A stretch of 64,000 bases of DNA from Albugo candida (lineage: Eukaryota). Positions 36,520-48,357 of this stretch are shown piece by piece; within the stretch, counting starts at the first letter, position 1; the number at the start of each line of letters is the position of its first letter. Made by a program: the position numbers and the translations under genes. The DNA is taken from NCBI GenBank assembly GCA_040437565.1, contig JBDOQK010000002.1, positions 434,001 to 498,000 of the forward strand, in the 5' to 3' direction. The notes beneath the pieces are model-generated. The model saw only the letters and a program-made list of their open reading frames with translations, did not search any database and was not told the DNA's origin.

Positions 36520-37158
36520 TCACAGCCTGCAGCCCCAAGTATACCCGATCTGAGCGCATTGCGAATGTGTCCGGAGAGCGCACTCGTATCCTCCACGATA
36601 GCTTGGCTTGTCTGAACTACAATCGCCCACCGCTTGGCTCCCTGCGCCCGGGCAACTGAATCCAGCTGGCATGATGCCTGAGCCGGAGCATACAGGGCCT
36701 TGTACGCAATATGTAGCATCTCCTTGAACACTGACAGGTGTGCATCCAAAATCGAATCCAAATCCGAGTCCTTGATTAGGATAGCCAGAGTAAGGGTTGA
36801 AGGCGCCACCGAACGGTGATGGCAAATAACGATTTTGTGGTACTGGTGGCTGACCGAATGGATTGTATTGCCCATAGATAGACGGAGTTGCTATAGGGGA
36901 CCGTATAGGTGATACGGGATACTGATTGTTGAGTCCATACCCACTACCATATGGATATGATCCAAAAGAATTCGCCATGTAGGGAGGCAGCATGTTTGGT
37001 GCTCCATATGGTGCAATTCCACTGAATTCAGCATTACTGTTGGGTTCGGAGGTCATTTCTTCCGATTCCTTTGCCGGTGGCTGCGTTCCTTCACCTTCGA
37101 CGACGCAAAATAGCATGGCTGCTGTTGCGCTGAGGCATAATATCCGACGAATGTCCAT
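36520..37158 (-). CDS. Secreted Pro/Tyr/Gly-rich protein with an oomycete Car/mucin-type C-terminal Cys domain (212 aa)
   Basis: Signal peptide MDIRRILCLSATAAMLFCVVEG. P/Y/G/N-rich middle. CTPVSVQGDATYCVQGPVCSG...CP...AVGDC...C...C...WGC matches the 8-Cys module I recognise from oomycete cyst-germination/mucin-like proteins. Confidence 0.85.
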   Translation of the reverse strand: MDIRRILCLSATAAMLFCVVEGEGTQPPAKESEEMTSEPNSNAEFSGIAPYGAPNMLPPYMANSFGSYPYGSGYGLNNQYPVSPIRSPIATPSIYGQYNPFGQPPVPQNRYLPSPFGGAFNPYSGYPNQGLGFGFDFGCTPVSVQGDATYCVQGPVCSGSGIMPAGFSCPGAGSQAVGDCSSDKPSYRGGYECALRTHSQCAQIGYTWGCRL

Positions 37159-38799
37159 TGCAATAGCTTTAGATATGAGTAGATTGAATTATGAAGTTAC
37201 TTTGGAGTAGCGCAAACTAATTTTATCAAAGATCAAGATTGTCTGTTTGTCGTACAATGTGACATCTACCTCCCATCTGTACGAATGGATGACAATTGCG
37301 TACCAGTACCATCCACAATTCAATGATTCGAACACATTTTATCTTTACATGCTCGATGATACGACATAAAGTGTGCGATTGTAACAAATGGCATCAGGAA
37401 TCCGGTAGTCGAGAATTTGAACATAGAAGATTGTATTTGACTGCTACGAAAAATCAAATACCACATGAATTGTTTTGCGTTTTCAAAATTGAGATATTCT
37501 GAGTAAAATGGCGGGTTATTTCACCTCATCCGATAAGAGTCGATCAAATGTGAGGTCTTCTGTCACAATATGACGCACGACTCATGTTATCATTTGATTG
37601 TGGTGCTGTCGCTACGTCATCTTAATTCCAGCATTTATTCGTAGTACTAGGGTTCGTCTATCGAGTACAATGGCAAGGTATGACCCAGAACGCTCATCAG
37701 GTAGACAGCGTCTCTTGGAGATCCTGAGGCGAAAGATGGCGGTAATGGACAGGAATTTAAACAGTACGATATCTGAAGCGGTCGCTGACATTGTGCGTTG
37801 TATACAAGTTCGTCCGTGTCAGCCTTCTCAGAGAGTAAAAATTTCATTTCTTCGCCAACCACAATCATAAATGAATTCACATCACTCGGAATGAGCCATT
37901 TGAATAAGTGTAAGTTGTATAACAGTATGGATCGATAGAAGGCAGCAATTCAATATTTTGTGAAATAAATTTTGCGAGCATGTTAGTGATCAATCGTATA
38001 TGTCACGAAAAAGAAGGAAATGTCGTGTTTGCCAGTAGTGGAAGTCGGGGTTCATTCAATTAAAATGCATTGTACTCGCACATTCTTATGTGGTTTTAAT
38101 CATGGAGCCACTGAGATTGCAGCTCAACGCACAAAAATGATCTGAGTGCAGCGACTTTATGAGGCATGAATTACGTGGGCCAGCGTGGTACGCAACTCTT
38201 CATTTCTCTACGTCGTTTTCATTCGGTCATCCATATATAGAGTTTTAGCAAACCTAAACGGACGACGTGCAAGCTAGTGACCCGATGCATCCATGACGGA
38301 ATATATTTTCCTAAGACAATGAAACGGGTCAACGCATAAGTGCCAACTACATCTGACTCATCAGCATTCGGTTGGAAAAACGTGAGTTTACGGTTGGAAT
38401 GTTGTATGGCTTATGGACACTGAATAAAGGCAAAGAATACATCCGTCAAGATAAGAAATTTCTAGCATTATGTATCCCCATGGTCGTGACCAGGCGACGT
38501 CCGAATGCGCAGTTTGACAGTAAATCGAGGCCTAGTTTTGGATTACTTTACCAGTAAGGAATTTCGGACATAAGAGCGCTCCCACAAACAGAAGGAAGTA
38601 CAAGCTCAAACAGTTCACTGCACTGTACTGCGAGGTAAACTAATCGAAATAATATTCTACTCAACACTTGTACTCAGACTGCCATCTCCTATGGAATCGT
38701 TTGAACGCGACTTCGATCGGTGGACATGATATTGCATACAAAGCAAACGTGACAACCGCCCCAAGGACGAAATTTCTATTTTTTTACGCTGATTGGATC

Positions 38800-39425
38800 T
38801 TGTAAGAGCTCTTCAGCTCTGTCGGTGCTTGACTTTATTCTCCCTTCGACAACTTTTCTTCAACCATTTCGCGTTTTCTCCAGTCCATACTTTGATATGG
38901 TGTAAGCAGCCCTTTATCGATCGGAAAGGCGACGGGATCCAAAATGATTATGAATCTGCATCACAAATAGTTGTATTCATTCTGAGTCAAGCCTTTTAAA
39001 CATGCAGCATAGTTCTCCGAGTCCCGACTGAAATATTGCGCACGGATAATCTTAGCCACGTTGATGAATGTTGGCGCAAATTCGAACAAGACATCGCGAA
39101 GTTGTGTAATTGCTATTCCGTCAATTACATGTCCAAAAATTTTTGCATGCAGGGAAGTTTGATGAGTACCAAAGTTAAGCCTGGAACCTTTTCTTGACAA
39201 TTTTGCATTAACGAGGTATAACAGTCTCTAGGAATCACATAAGCCTTGTGCTTGCTCATGTATATCTGCGATCGTAGCATATATCATTCTACCTGTTCTC
39301 GAGAGGAGATACCATGTGCTTGAGCTTCCTTCAGCGCTGCATTGCGCAACGGGATCGCATTTCCAAGCTGTAGTAATGTGACTTCCTCGTACTCAACGCC
39401 GTCAACCCAACGACAATGCAGCTAT
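38800..39425 (-). pseudogene. Degraded remnant, possibly the C-terminus of an AMP-binding (acyl-CoA synthetase-like) enzyme
   Basis: Interrupted frames include IILDPVAFPIDKGLLTPYQSMDWRKREMVEEK, which resembles the 'PF..ENGLLTPT.K.KR' C-terminal motif. In-frame stops and a frameshift are present. Confidence 0.3.
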
Positions 39426-41479
39426 TGAAACGATAATTACATCATAAAGTATCTAGGAGCATCCATCACTGATCAAAAACATACGCGAGCTTTGCTGTGA
39501 TGATACTCCTAAATGCGAAGACATCCGCTTTCTCTCTAGCCGTCAAATGAAAATCAATATGAAACTACGATGTATAAACGAGTAAGAAGACTACACAAAA
39601 CGTGTGAGGTTCTGGCCACAAATTCTAGGTATTCATTAGATGTTTTCTGCAATTTTTGCTTACAAGGATTCGGCGGCAAAACAGAGGTAAAACAACGAAT
39701 GATACTTTCTTGGAGAGTTGATTAGCCACATGTTCAAGATGAATGCATTCCCAGCACTGCTTTCATCAGTCGCTATCATCTTGGCTCAGTGATTGCTATG
39801 CACAATGCGAGTCCGTAAGACGCGAAAAAGTGTACAATCGGTCCAGCAATGAAGGAAGGATTCTATTTGAGCTTATAGCCGTTTGCTTTGTCTCGCATGT
39901 GACTGCCTGTCTGCACTAGCTAGGATACGTGCATGGGGAAATCCGAGGCTCCATGTTTAGGTAATGACGCGCTCGTTTTCATAGACTTATAGAGCGTCGG
40001 ATCTAGTGGCGACTCGGATCCTGCAATTTTCGTATTTGAAAACTCTTCATTCCCTCTGTGATCAAGATAACGTGTGTGCATCGAATTTATCATGATGTGT
40101 ATCAGGTGAGTACATTTCCCATTATCATTCAATGTTGTCATTAACAATGAATCTTGCGAGTCGCAATACTGGAGAGGGTTATAAAGCTGGAGAGTATAAA
40201 AGCCTCTTACTTGCTGACATGAAATAGTTAAACATTTGCTACGGCGTACTTGATACATGGAAACGTGTCTGTAAAGTGTAGGGCCCCCATATAAAAACTA
40301 GATCCGTGCATCGGCGAAATACAAATAAATCTTTTCCAAGTTTCGATCAGTCCTTGTCGTAGTAAGCACATTGGTTTGGTATTCAGAGCAAAGTACGACA
40401 ATGCGAAAAACGGATTTTTATCTGGATCCTACGAGGCTTTTTGAAAGATACAAAGAGATCAGCATCCTTCGTTGCTTGATTGCAATGAATCTTCATTACA
40501 TACTCGATGCGCACAAAGAATTAGAAAAAAACGTCCTTGTGACAAAAACTTTGCTGAGGAAGAGCGTGTTCTATTGAATGATCGAATTGCTAGTAGAGTG
40601 TGTCGATTCATGGAGCGACTTCATGCGTGTTAAAGTCATGATCTTTCCTACCATCGAGGATTATCACGTGGCTGCATGCCAAAAGCGATCCAGTCACACC
40701 CATCAACACCTTTGATTCCGAGAATTTATGAAGTGATGTATAACGAGTTGCGCGCTCCTCACTTCGAAAGACATCCACGTTAAGATCACCAAATCATGTT
40801 TCCGAGTGGTCAATACCATGAATTGATCCCGTGAATTCTGCTTGATGCTCGGAGCAGTAGTCTTGATATGTCATGACAGAAAAGTATACTTCTTTCTTAT
40901 ATAGATCTGAATGGATGTCTTTTTCGATTGTATATCCTAATATGCGTCTAATTCTCTTGAAACTTCAAAAGGTTCGCCAGTCGCTATCATCTTGCTCACG
41001 ATGATACCGCTGTGTGCATTATCAACCTCATGATGACAAAGAAACTCGTAATTCTTCATCCTTTATAACGAATCATATCCTACCCCGAGCATGTGGCCTT
41101 CAGTATCACAAATCCACAGTGCTCAAACTCTGTCGCATAATCTACGGCGAAATGCAAATCTCTGTAAAGCAAATAGAAATACATTTATGTACACACGCAA
41201 TCAGCAACGCCATTATTCGTGGTCCAGGATGTCACGTCTACAGCCTTTCCTCAGAAAAAGTCCAGCATTGATCGGTACGAACCTGCAGCCTGGCAAAAAG
41301 TCGTTGACTCTGTATATCGCCATCAAAGCTGCCAGCGGAATCACTACTATAACAGCCGGCTACCTTTACATCATACATCCCAGCACTGGCGCAGAAGAAG
41401 CAAAATCGGAAGACATCAACTCGGCAGTAGAATTAGGTTCGAGTATGGATCGGTTCGTGTTTTCAATATATGCTAAGCG

Positions 41480-44400
41480 ATGAATATAGAGAAGCAATTA
41501 AACGAAAAATTAGCGGCGGAATTACTAGCGACACAGCCGAAAGCAGTGGCAAACTGGAAGAAAACACTTCAAGAAGTCGTTCCTGCCATCGTAACCTTAA
41601 AGCTTAATAATCCCAAAGTAAAAGACTCGAATTGTATCGCGTACTCGGCTCAAGGTTCTTGATTGTAGTGGTTTGATACAGAGACGCCGGGAAACGGTTC
41701 CGCCACTGGCTTTGTTGTGGACGCGAATAAAGGAATTATACTAACTAATCGACATGTGGTCGGCGCAGGGCTTGTCGTGCGTAACGTGACCATACTGTAC
41801 CACAACTTATCAAGAAGTTGTAGGACGCAGAAGCCGTTTTCCAAAATAATGAAGAAGTGGTTGTGCGTGCGATGTATCGTGATCCGGTCCATGACTTTGG
41901 CTTCTTTCAATACAATCCACAGGTTCATTCTGATAATAGTAAGAGAGCTTCAAGCTTATATCAAATGACGTCAGGATGTCAAGCATATCGCAGTACCATC
42001 ACTTTCGCTACGACCGGACAAGGCGAGTGTTGGTGTCGATATCCGTGTGGTTGGAAATGATGCTGCAGAAAAGTTGGCGATTGCTAGCGGTACTTTGGCA
42101 AGGCTGGATCGAGATGCACCAGACTATGGGTGCAACAGCTACAATGACTTTAACACCTTTTACTATCAAGCATCTTCAGGTGAACGAGAATGCTTTCAAA
42201 TAGAAAAGAAACACTCAACGTCGATGATGCAGGGACGACTGGGGGTTCGTCTGGCTCGCCGGTCCTGAATCAAGCGGGTGAAGTTGTTGCGCTGAACGCA
42301 GGTGGTAAAGTTGGAACATCAGCATCTTTTTATCTGCCACTGGATCGAGTAAAACGCGCACTCGAATTGATACAAAATGGTGAGCCTGTTTCCAGGGGTA
42401 CAATTCACACAGTTTTCAAGTATAAGGTGCGCCTTGTATCGCTCCTTTTCTCCGTCTTACTTGATCGTATGTAGCCGTTCGATGAAGTCCGTCGACTTGG
42501 TATCCGCGCGGAGACAGAAGCCCTTGTGCGGTCAACCTTCCCGCTCGAAGTCGGTATGCTCACCGTGTCGGAGATTCTACCTCAAGGACCAGCCAAGGAC
42601 AAGTTGCAAGCGGGCGACATTCTCACTCGCATTAACGGGAAGCTGCTGACACAATTTGTTCCGCTGGAAACCGTCCTAGATGATCATGTGGGAAAGTCGG
42701 TACGCATTATTCCTAATGCAATTGGTGCGCAAATCGGCTTCATATTCGCTTGTGATAGATTGAAATTGAAATTGAAAGGGCTGGCAAAGTGATTCAAACA
42801 AATATTGACGTTCAAGATCTTCATGCTGTTACTCCTTCCCGATTTTTAGAAATCAGTGGAGCTGTAATAAATCCCCTTTCGTATCAGCAAGCTCGAAATC
42901 ACGCCCGAGTTGCCGGGACTCCATACGTTGCTCATCCTGGCTATTTTCTACAGCGAGCTGGAATCGGTCGTGGATCAATCATTCACGCCATTAACGGTCA
43001 AGAGACTCCTACTCTTGATGCATTACGGGATTGCTTGAGAAAATGTGAGGATGGAGAGAGAATCATCGTCAAGTATTCACAAGTGATGAGCAAGACGGAA
43101 CGGGTTGATGTTGCTCATGTTGACCGGCGCTGGTCTCCATCCCTGGAGTACATTCGAGATGACACACTCGGTACCTGGCATTGTCATCCAATCCTCCAAG
43201 AACCAACTCCATCCAGATCATCAAATTTCACCAAAAGCGTTCATGGTACTACTCGAGTCTTACCTGGAAAAAATGCAATTGAAGCCAAACTTGCTCACTC
43301 GCTGGTAACAGTCGATTTTGATCGACCTTTTAGTGCAAATAGTCTTTCCACTTCAAATTACAGAGGATCCGGCCTGGTCATTGACGCCGAGAAAGGCATC
43401 GTTGTGGTGGATCGCAATACAGTCGCTGATAGCATCGGAGACGCCACGATCACCTTTGCAAATACCATCAAAGTACCCGCTCAAGTCTTGTTCGTCCATC
43501 CTGTCCACAATTTCGCGATACTGAAATACGATCCAGCACTTTTTGGAGCGACACCAATTCGAGCGTGTTTAATCAATGAAAAAAGACTCGAGCCATCCGA
43601 GCAAGTTTGGCTTGTGGGCCTTCAGGGCACTTCTGGGCATGTTGGTCATTCTGAGCTTGTATCGAGAGAAACAATTGTTTCAGGAGTCAAATGGATTGGT
43701 CTTCCGATTCCGAATCCTCCGCGATACCAAGAACACAACTTGGAAATGATTGCACTCCAAGATGTTGTAGGAACTGAAGGAGGTGTAATCTGCAATATGG
43801 ACGGTCAAGTGCAGGCTCTTTGGGCATCTTTTGCGTTTCAGCAGCGTCAGGGTACAGCACGGGTCGAGTCACAGTTTACTCGAGGCATTCCAATGGACAT
43901 CATTATGAAAAGTGCAGCTTCACTGATATCAGGTNNNNNNNNNNNNNNNNNNNNNNNNNNNNNNNNNNNNNNNNNNNNNNNNNNNNNNNNNNNNNNNNNN
44001 NNNNNNNNNNNNNNNNNNNNNNNNNNNNNNNNNNACAATTGTTTCAGGAGTCAAATGGATTGGTCTTCCGATTCCGAATCCTCCGCGATACCAAGAACAC
44101 AACTTGGAAATGATTGCACTCCAAGATGTTGTAGGAACTGAAGGAGGTGTAATCTGCAATATGGACGGTCAAGTGCAGGCTCTTTGGGCATCTTTTGCGT
44201 TTCAGCAGCGTCAGGGTACAGCACGGGTCGAGTCACAGTTTACTCGAGGCATTCCAATGGACATCATTATGAAAAGTGCAGCTTCACTGATATCAGGTCA
44301 AAGTCCAGACTTACTGGATCTTGGCATTGATTTTGAGCTCATCAGTCTCGCACGTGCCCGGGAACTGGGCTTGGATCAAGATCTCACCAAAGCTTTAGAG

Positions 44401-44997
44401 AAGAATGCTCCTGACCGTCGAATAGCTCTCAGCATTGCTCGACGTTGGGGAGGCACAGATGCATTCGATAAGCTGAAAAATGGCGATATTCTCGTGGCCG
44501 TCGATGGAAAAATCGTCACTTCGTTTTGGGAAGTGGAGCGTTATTCTCAAAAATCGCAAGTGATTCTGACAATTGTTCGCGATGGAGAAAAACAAGACGT
44601 CGATGTGAAGCCTCTCTCACTGGAAAAAACACAAGTCAATCGGCTTGTATTTTGGCAAGGTTTGCTGCTCCAAGCTCCTCCGTTGTCGGCCTTTGCACAG
44701 CGTGGTATTTCTTTGGAGGATGGAATCTACATCTCCTGTCGATCAGCTGGGTCTCCTGCAGCACGCTACGGCCCACCACCGACGACACGAATCAAACAAA
44801 TTGATGACTATAAGACCACAACATTGGATGAGTTTGTCACAGCCGTCAAAGCAACCGAAAACAACATTTCTGTCCGCATCAAATACATTGACTTGAATGG
44901 AAAAGAACGACTCAGCACGCTGAAATTGAAGCCAGCACATTGGCCGACGAGTGAGTTAGTATACGAGAATGGAGCTTGGCATCGACGACAAATCTAG
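41480..44997 (+). CDS. NMA111: Nma111/Ynm3-like HtrA-family serine protease with tandem protease and PDZ domains (multi-exon)
   Basis: Catalytic triad motifs [19 protein letters not shown] and GGSSGSPV. Family motif [11 protein letters not shown]. Second degenerate protease domain ([15 protein letters not shown]). PDZ-like segments. 43671-43934 is duplicated after the gap. Confidence 0.92.
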
Positions 44998-45019
44998 ACT
45001 TGAATCAGCCATCTGCCAT

Positions 45020-46795
45020 TTACGTCCCGAGTATGACGACCTCGGAAGACTTCTCATCAAAAGGCTCCCCAACAATATCGAGTGTGTAAGGATCTGGCTC
45101 TTCTAAGGCTAAAATGGCGCTTTCTGCAATCGCTTGATGCTCTGCTTGCCTTTGTTTTTTAGCATACAATATGAGCACCCTCAAAGCTCCCAACAACCAA
45201 TTTCGCTCACTTGTGCTTGTCGTTTCCAAATCCAGCGTTCGATCTTTAAAAATGATTGATAATGAGAAAGCCTGCGATTCATCCGTCGCCGAATGCTTCC
45301 GGAACACAGTTGTCTGCCGGCCATCAATGATATGCAAAACATCCGCAAGGTCTACTGGCTCGCTAAATTGACCACGCTTTTGCTGCCATTGCAAGGTGCC
45401 ACATTGGTTACAATACAGCCGAGTCGAATGAGGCTCACCGCGTCGACCGTATTTGAGCAACGGAGCAAACATGTTGAGTGCCTGAACAAGTTCGAAGCGA
45501 TGCTGACCTCCAAATCGAAAGGCTAATTGCACGATTTTCCAACGAACTTCTTTAGTCTCCTTCAGCTCTTCGTCGGTTAATAGATAGCTTGCTCGTTTTG
45601 ATCGAAACATTTTAGAGGCTATGCGCGTCAGCGTACTTCGTTTCCGGCCCCGAAACGACAAGTTTTGTTCGCGGCATGCATCGTTGGCTGTGCCTTTCCA
45701 AGCAGCTGGTACAGGGCACTTGCATGCAATAAGCTGATTGGTGCAGCTCGAGCAACCTCGTTTAGATCTAGATCGCTTTAATTGAGCCTGGTAGGGTGTC
45801 GGACATGATTTTCCTCGACGACGGACGCTGGGAAGTGCATGGTATCGTGGGTGTCGAGACGAGTATCGTTTGTGGCGATCTGATTCATCTTTTAGGTTGA
45901 TTACAAGCCGTCGAACACTTGTTGTCAATGATCCTTGTACACCTGCCAGCGAGGAATATGGCGTCAGTGTATTACATGGGCGAGGCATTCGTTTTCTTGC
46001 CATCAACTCGATGTTGATTTCTTGATCTTTACATCGAGAATTACTGTCCGCACCGCTCTTGAGATAGAGCATCTTTCCCGGATCGCTGGAAAACCGTCGC
46101 CGAGATAGCTGATTTGCTAATTCTTCTCGTGTAGCCTGCATTTCTGTCCATAGAAATGTATCAATATCATCGGCATGTTTGCTTCCCTTTTCATCTTTAT
46201 TATTATCATGAGTCGAGATATCTTCATATTCCCACTCTTTTCGTTTGAAATCGAATTCGCAATCCACTTCCTCATTCGAATTACAAAGTGAGATTGTTTG
46301 GGATGCGAGTCGTTGCGATCGCTTCCAATCGACATCGTATCTATTTGATTCATTGACGGATGGATGTCGGCCAGCAATTTCATTTTGAAGAATTTCTTCA
46401 TCTGATTTTCGTTCTGAAAGCTCTGAGGGGCATAAGTCCATTTCATGAGGCTTAAATACACTATGAAGAGTGTAAAAATCCAGACACGATATCGACAGCC
46501 GTCGATTCGATTCCTCATTATCCCACTGAATCGCTTTGTCTGATGATTTCCATTCCATTTTTCGATGTCGATTTCCCGTCGCCCACATCTTTCGATCGTT
46601 TGTTGTTTCATTTTTATCCGTGTTATATCCTTTGGATTGTCCTTCGCACTCATCAGCGTTGTTATTGCTGCCGGTTGTTGGATAGACGTGGCTATAGCGA
46701 CGCACAATAGATGTGATTTTGCTGAGTAAAGGCTCTTGTGATGGGGGTTTTCCACTCTCTGAAGATACTTCAGCGTGCGCTGGACGATGCAGCAT
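45020..46795 (-). CDS. Protein with a C-terminal PH domain (591 aa)
   Basis: LLKYGRRGEPH...LQWQ...IIDGRQTTVF...SLSIIFKDRTLDLET...WLLGAL is a PLC-delta-like PH signature. Disordered N-terminus. Confidence 0.8.
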   Translation of the reverse strand: MLHRPAHAEVSSESGKPPSQEPLLSKITSIVRRYSHVYPTTGSNNNADECEGQSKGYNTDKNETTNDRKMWATGNRHRKMEWKSSDKAIQWDNEESNRRLSISCLDFYTLHSVFKPHEMDLCPSELSERKSDEEILQNEIAGRHPSVNESNRYDVDWKRSQRLASQTISLCNSNEEVDCEFDFKRKEWEYEDISTHDNNKDEKGSKHADDIDTFLWTEMQATREELANQLSRRRFSSDPGKMLYLKSGADSNSRCKDQEINIELMARKRMPRPCNTLTPYSSLAGVQGSLTTSVRRLVINLKDESDRHKRYSSRHPRYHALPSVRRRGKSCPTPYQAQLKRSRSKRGCSSCTNQLIACKCPVPAAWKGTANDACREQNLSFRGRKRSTLTRIASKMFRSKRASYLLTDEELKETKEVRWKIVQLAFRFGGQHRFELVQALNMFAPLLKYGRRGEPHSTRLYCNQCGTLQWQQKRGQFSEPVDLADVLHIIDGRQTTVFRKHSATDESQAFSLSIIFKDRTLDLETTSTSERNWLLGALRVLILYAKKQRQAEHQAIAESAILALEEPDPYTLDIVGEPFDEKSSEVVILGT

Positions 46796-46968
46796 AATGG
46801 TTATAGTCGTGTCAGCCTCTATCGTCGCGTAATTCAGTGTTATTTCTGATCGGAAGCCAGAAACCGATGTTCTTCCACGAAAAAGACATTTTGTGAGTAC
46901 CGGTATTATTGCAGCTGTATGATTGGGTGAGCAGTATTATCGGTATACTCTGGTAATTGATCATTTGT

Positions 46969-48327
46969 ATGATACAATCGTCATCGGTAAAGGAAGCTTT
47001 TGACCTCTTTGATGGCGAGGATAGCGACAGCGAAAAGGACTGTATAGTGGTTGAATCAATAAGATGTCCTTTGACTATAGCTCCCACCGTTTCAAAGAAT
47101 ACGATGAAGCTTTTGGAGACGGAGAACAATAGTTATGAGATCGAGCACTCTCCGTGGCCACACATTCGTCCAATGTACTCGAAATCGATTCGACTGATAA
47201 ATGATTGTACTGATGTCGGTGGAAATAGAGGATATATTGCCACAGAGGATCTTGAGCCAGGAACACTCATTTTGCTGGAAAAAGTTCATGTGCCGTGGCC
47301 AGCTGACGCTGCGAAATACGATCCTTTGTTTCTGGCCAAAGCCTTGGAAAGTATTTTACGCTGCTCCAATCAAGAATCTTTTCGGAAGGAACTTGGTCAT
47401 CTATTCCCCCGGACGCTTGAAGATTTGCCAACATACTTGCGTCATGCAGGACGCCATAAATTCTCTTCCACTTTGAAACAATTGTGCACAAAATACTCCG
47501 AGCTGAATGTGACAGAAGACGAATTACTTCAGAATATATTTTCGATGCAATGTAATGCATTCCACAGCGGCGTTTTTCTGTACTGCTCCCTGTTGAATCA
47601 TGATTGCAATCCAAACTGCGTCAAATTCATTCCCGTCGAATCGGATGGCTCCATTTCTCAAGTTCGTGTGACTAAAAAAGTTGACAAAGGCCAACCACTG
47701 ACCATATCGTACTTGTATCCTCGAGAACAATCTCGATTACAACGAAAGCGTATTTTAGAACACCAGTTCGGATTCGAGTGTACTTGCAATTTGTGTAAGC
47801 GTGGTGATTCCGAGTTCCAGGCTCCCGATTCCGCTGTCTCGATCAACGAGTCAGTTCAATCAGGGAAGCTGTTGAGTATTGAGGATAGTGTTTCTCAGTG
47901 CGAAGAGCTCGTCATGCGGAAAGAGATCGACGCAGGTCGCGTACTAGATAAAGCCTTAGAAGTCCTTTCAGATGCATTGGAGATTGTAGCTCACGACCAC
48001 TTTGTGCTCATCCGAATCTATAAGCTTGTTGGAGATTGCTATGAGTGGATGCTGAAGGGCGAATCCAAGAATTCAATCGAGTCCGCCGTTCTGTTTGTTC
48101 GCAGCAACTATGAGCTGCTTAGCTTACAGCGTCAATACCTGGGTCATAGTCATGTCGACTTGGCGAGAACATTGAATGATTTGAGCCAGGGGATACAGGT
48201 TTCACTAAGCCGAAATATCGATACGTTGCTGAGAGAGTTTCCAGAATGGGACAACTTTCGTCAGGTTTCAATCATCGAGAATCAGTATCGGAAAGAATAC
48301 ATGCGTATAAAAGAATTATACGATTGA
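46969..48327 (+). CDS. SET-domain (SMYD-like) lysine methyltransferase with a helical C-terminus
   Basis: GNRGYIATEDLEPGTLIL, LLNHDCNPNC, LTISY and post-SET FECTCNLC motifs. Confidence 0.88.
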   Translation: MIQSSSVKEAFDLFDGEDSDSEKDCIVVESIRCPLTIAPTVSKNTMKLLETENNSYEIEHSPWPHIRPMYSKSIRLINDCTDVGGNRGYIATEDLEPGTLILLEKVHVPWPADAAKYDPLFLAKALESILRCSNQESFRKELGHLFPRTLEDLPTYLRHAGRHKFSSTLKQLCTKYSELNVTEDELLQNIFSMQCNAFHSGVFLYCSLLNHDCNPNCVKFIPVESDGSISQVRVTKKVDKGQPLTISYLYPREQSRLQRKRILEHQFGFECTCNLCKRGDSEFQAPDSAVSINESVQSGKLLSIEDSVSQCEELVMRKEIDAGRVLDKALEVLSDALEIVAHDHFVLIRIYKLVGDCYEWMLKGESKNSIESAVLFVRSNYELLSLQRQYLGHSHVDLARTLNDLSQGIQVSLSRNIDTLLREFPEWDNFRQVSIIENQYRKEYMRIKELYD

Positions 48328-48357
48328 ACCAAAAGACTTGATACATTTACGATGGAT

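Noticed and set aside
36046-36612. Third copy of the Car-like gene 3' end
   Set aside because: Exact overlap across the 36280-36379 gap. Only the 34.2-35.2 kb copy has distinct flanks.
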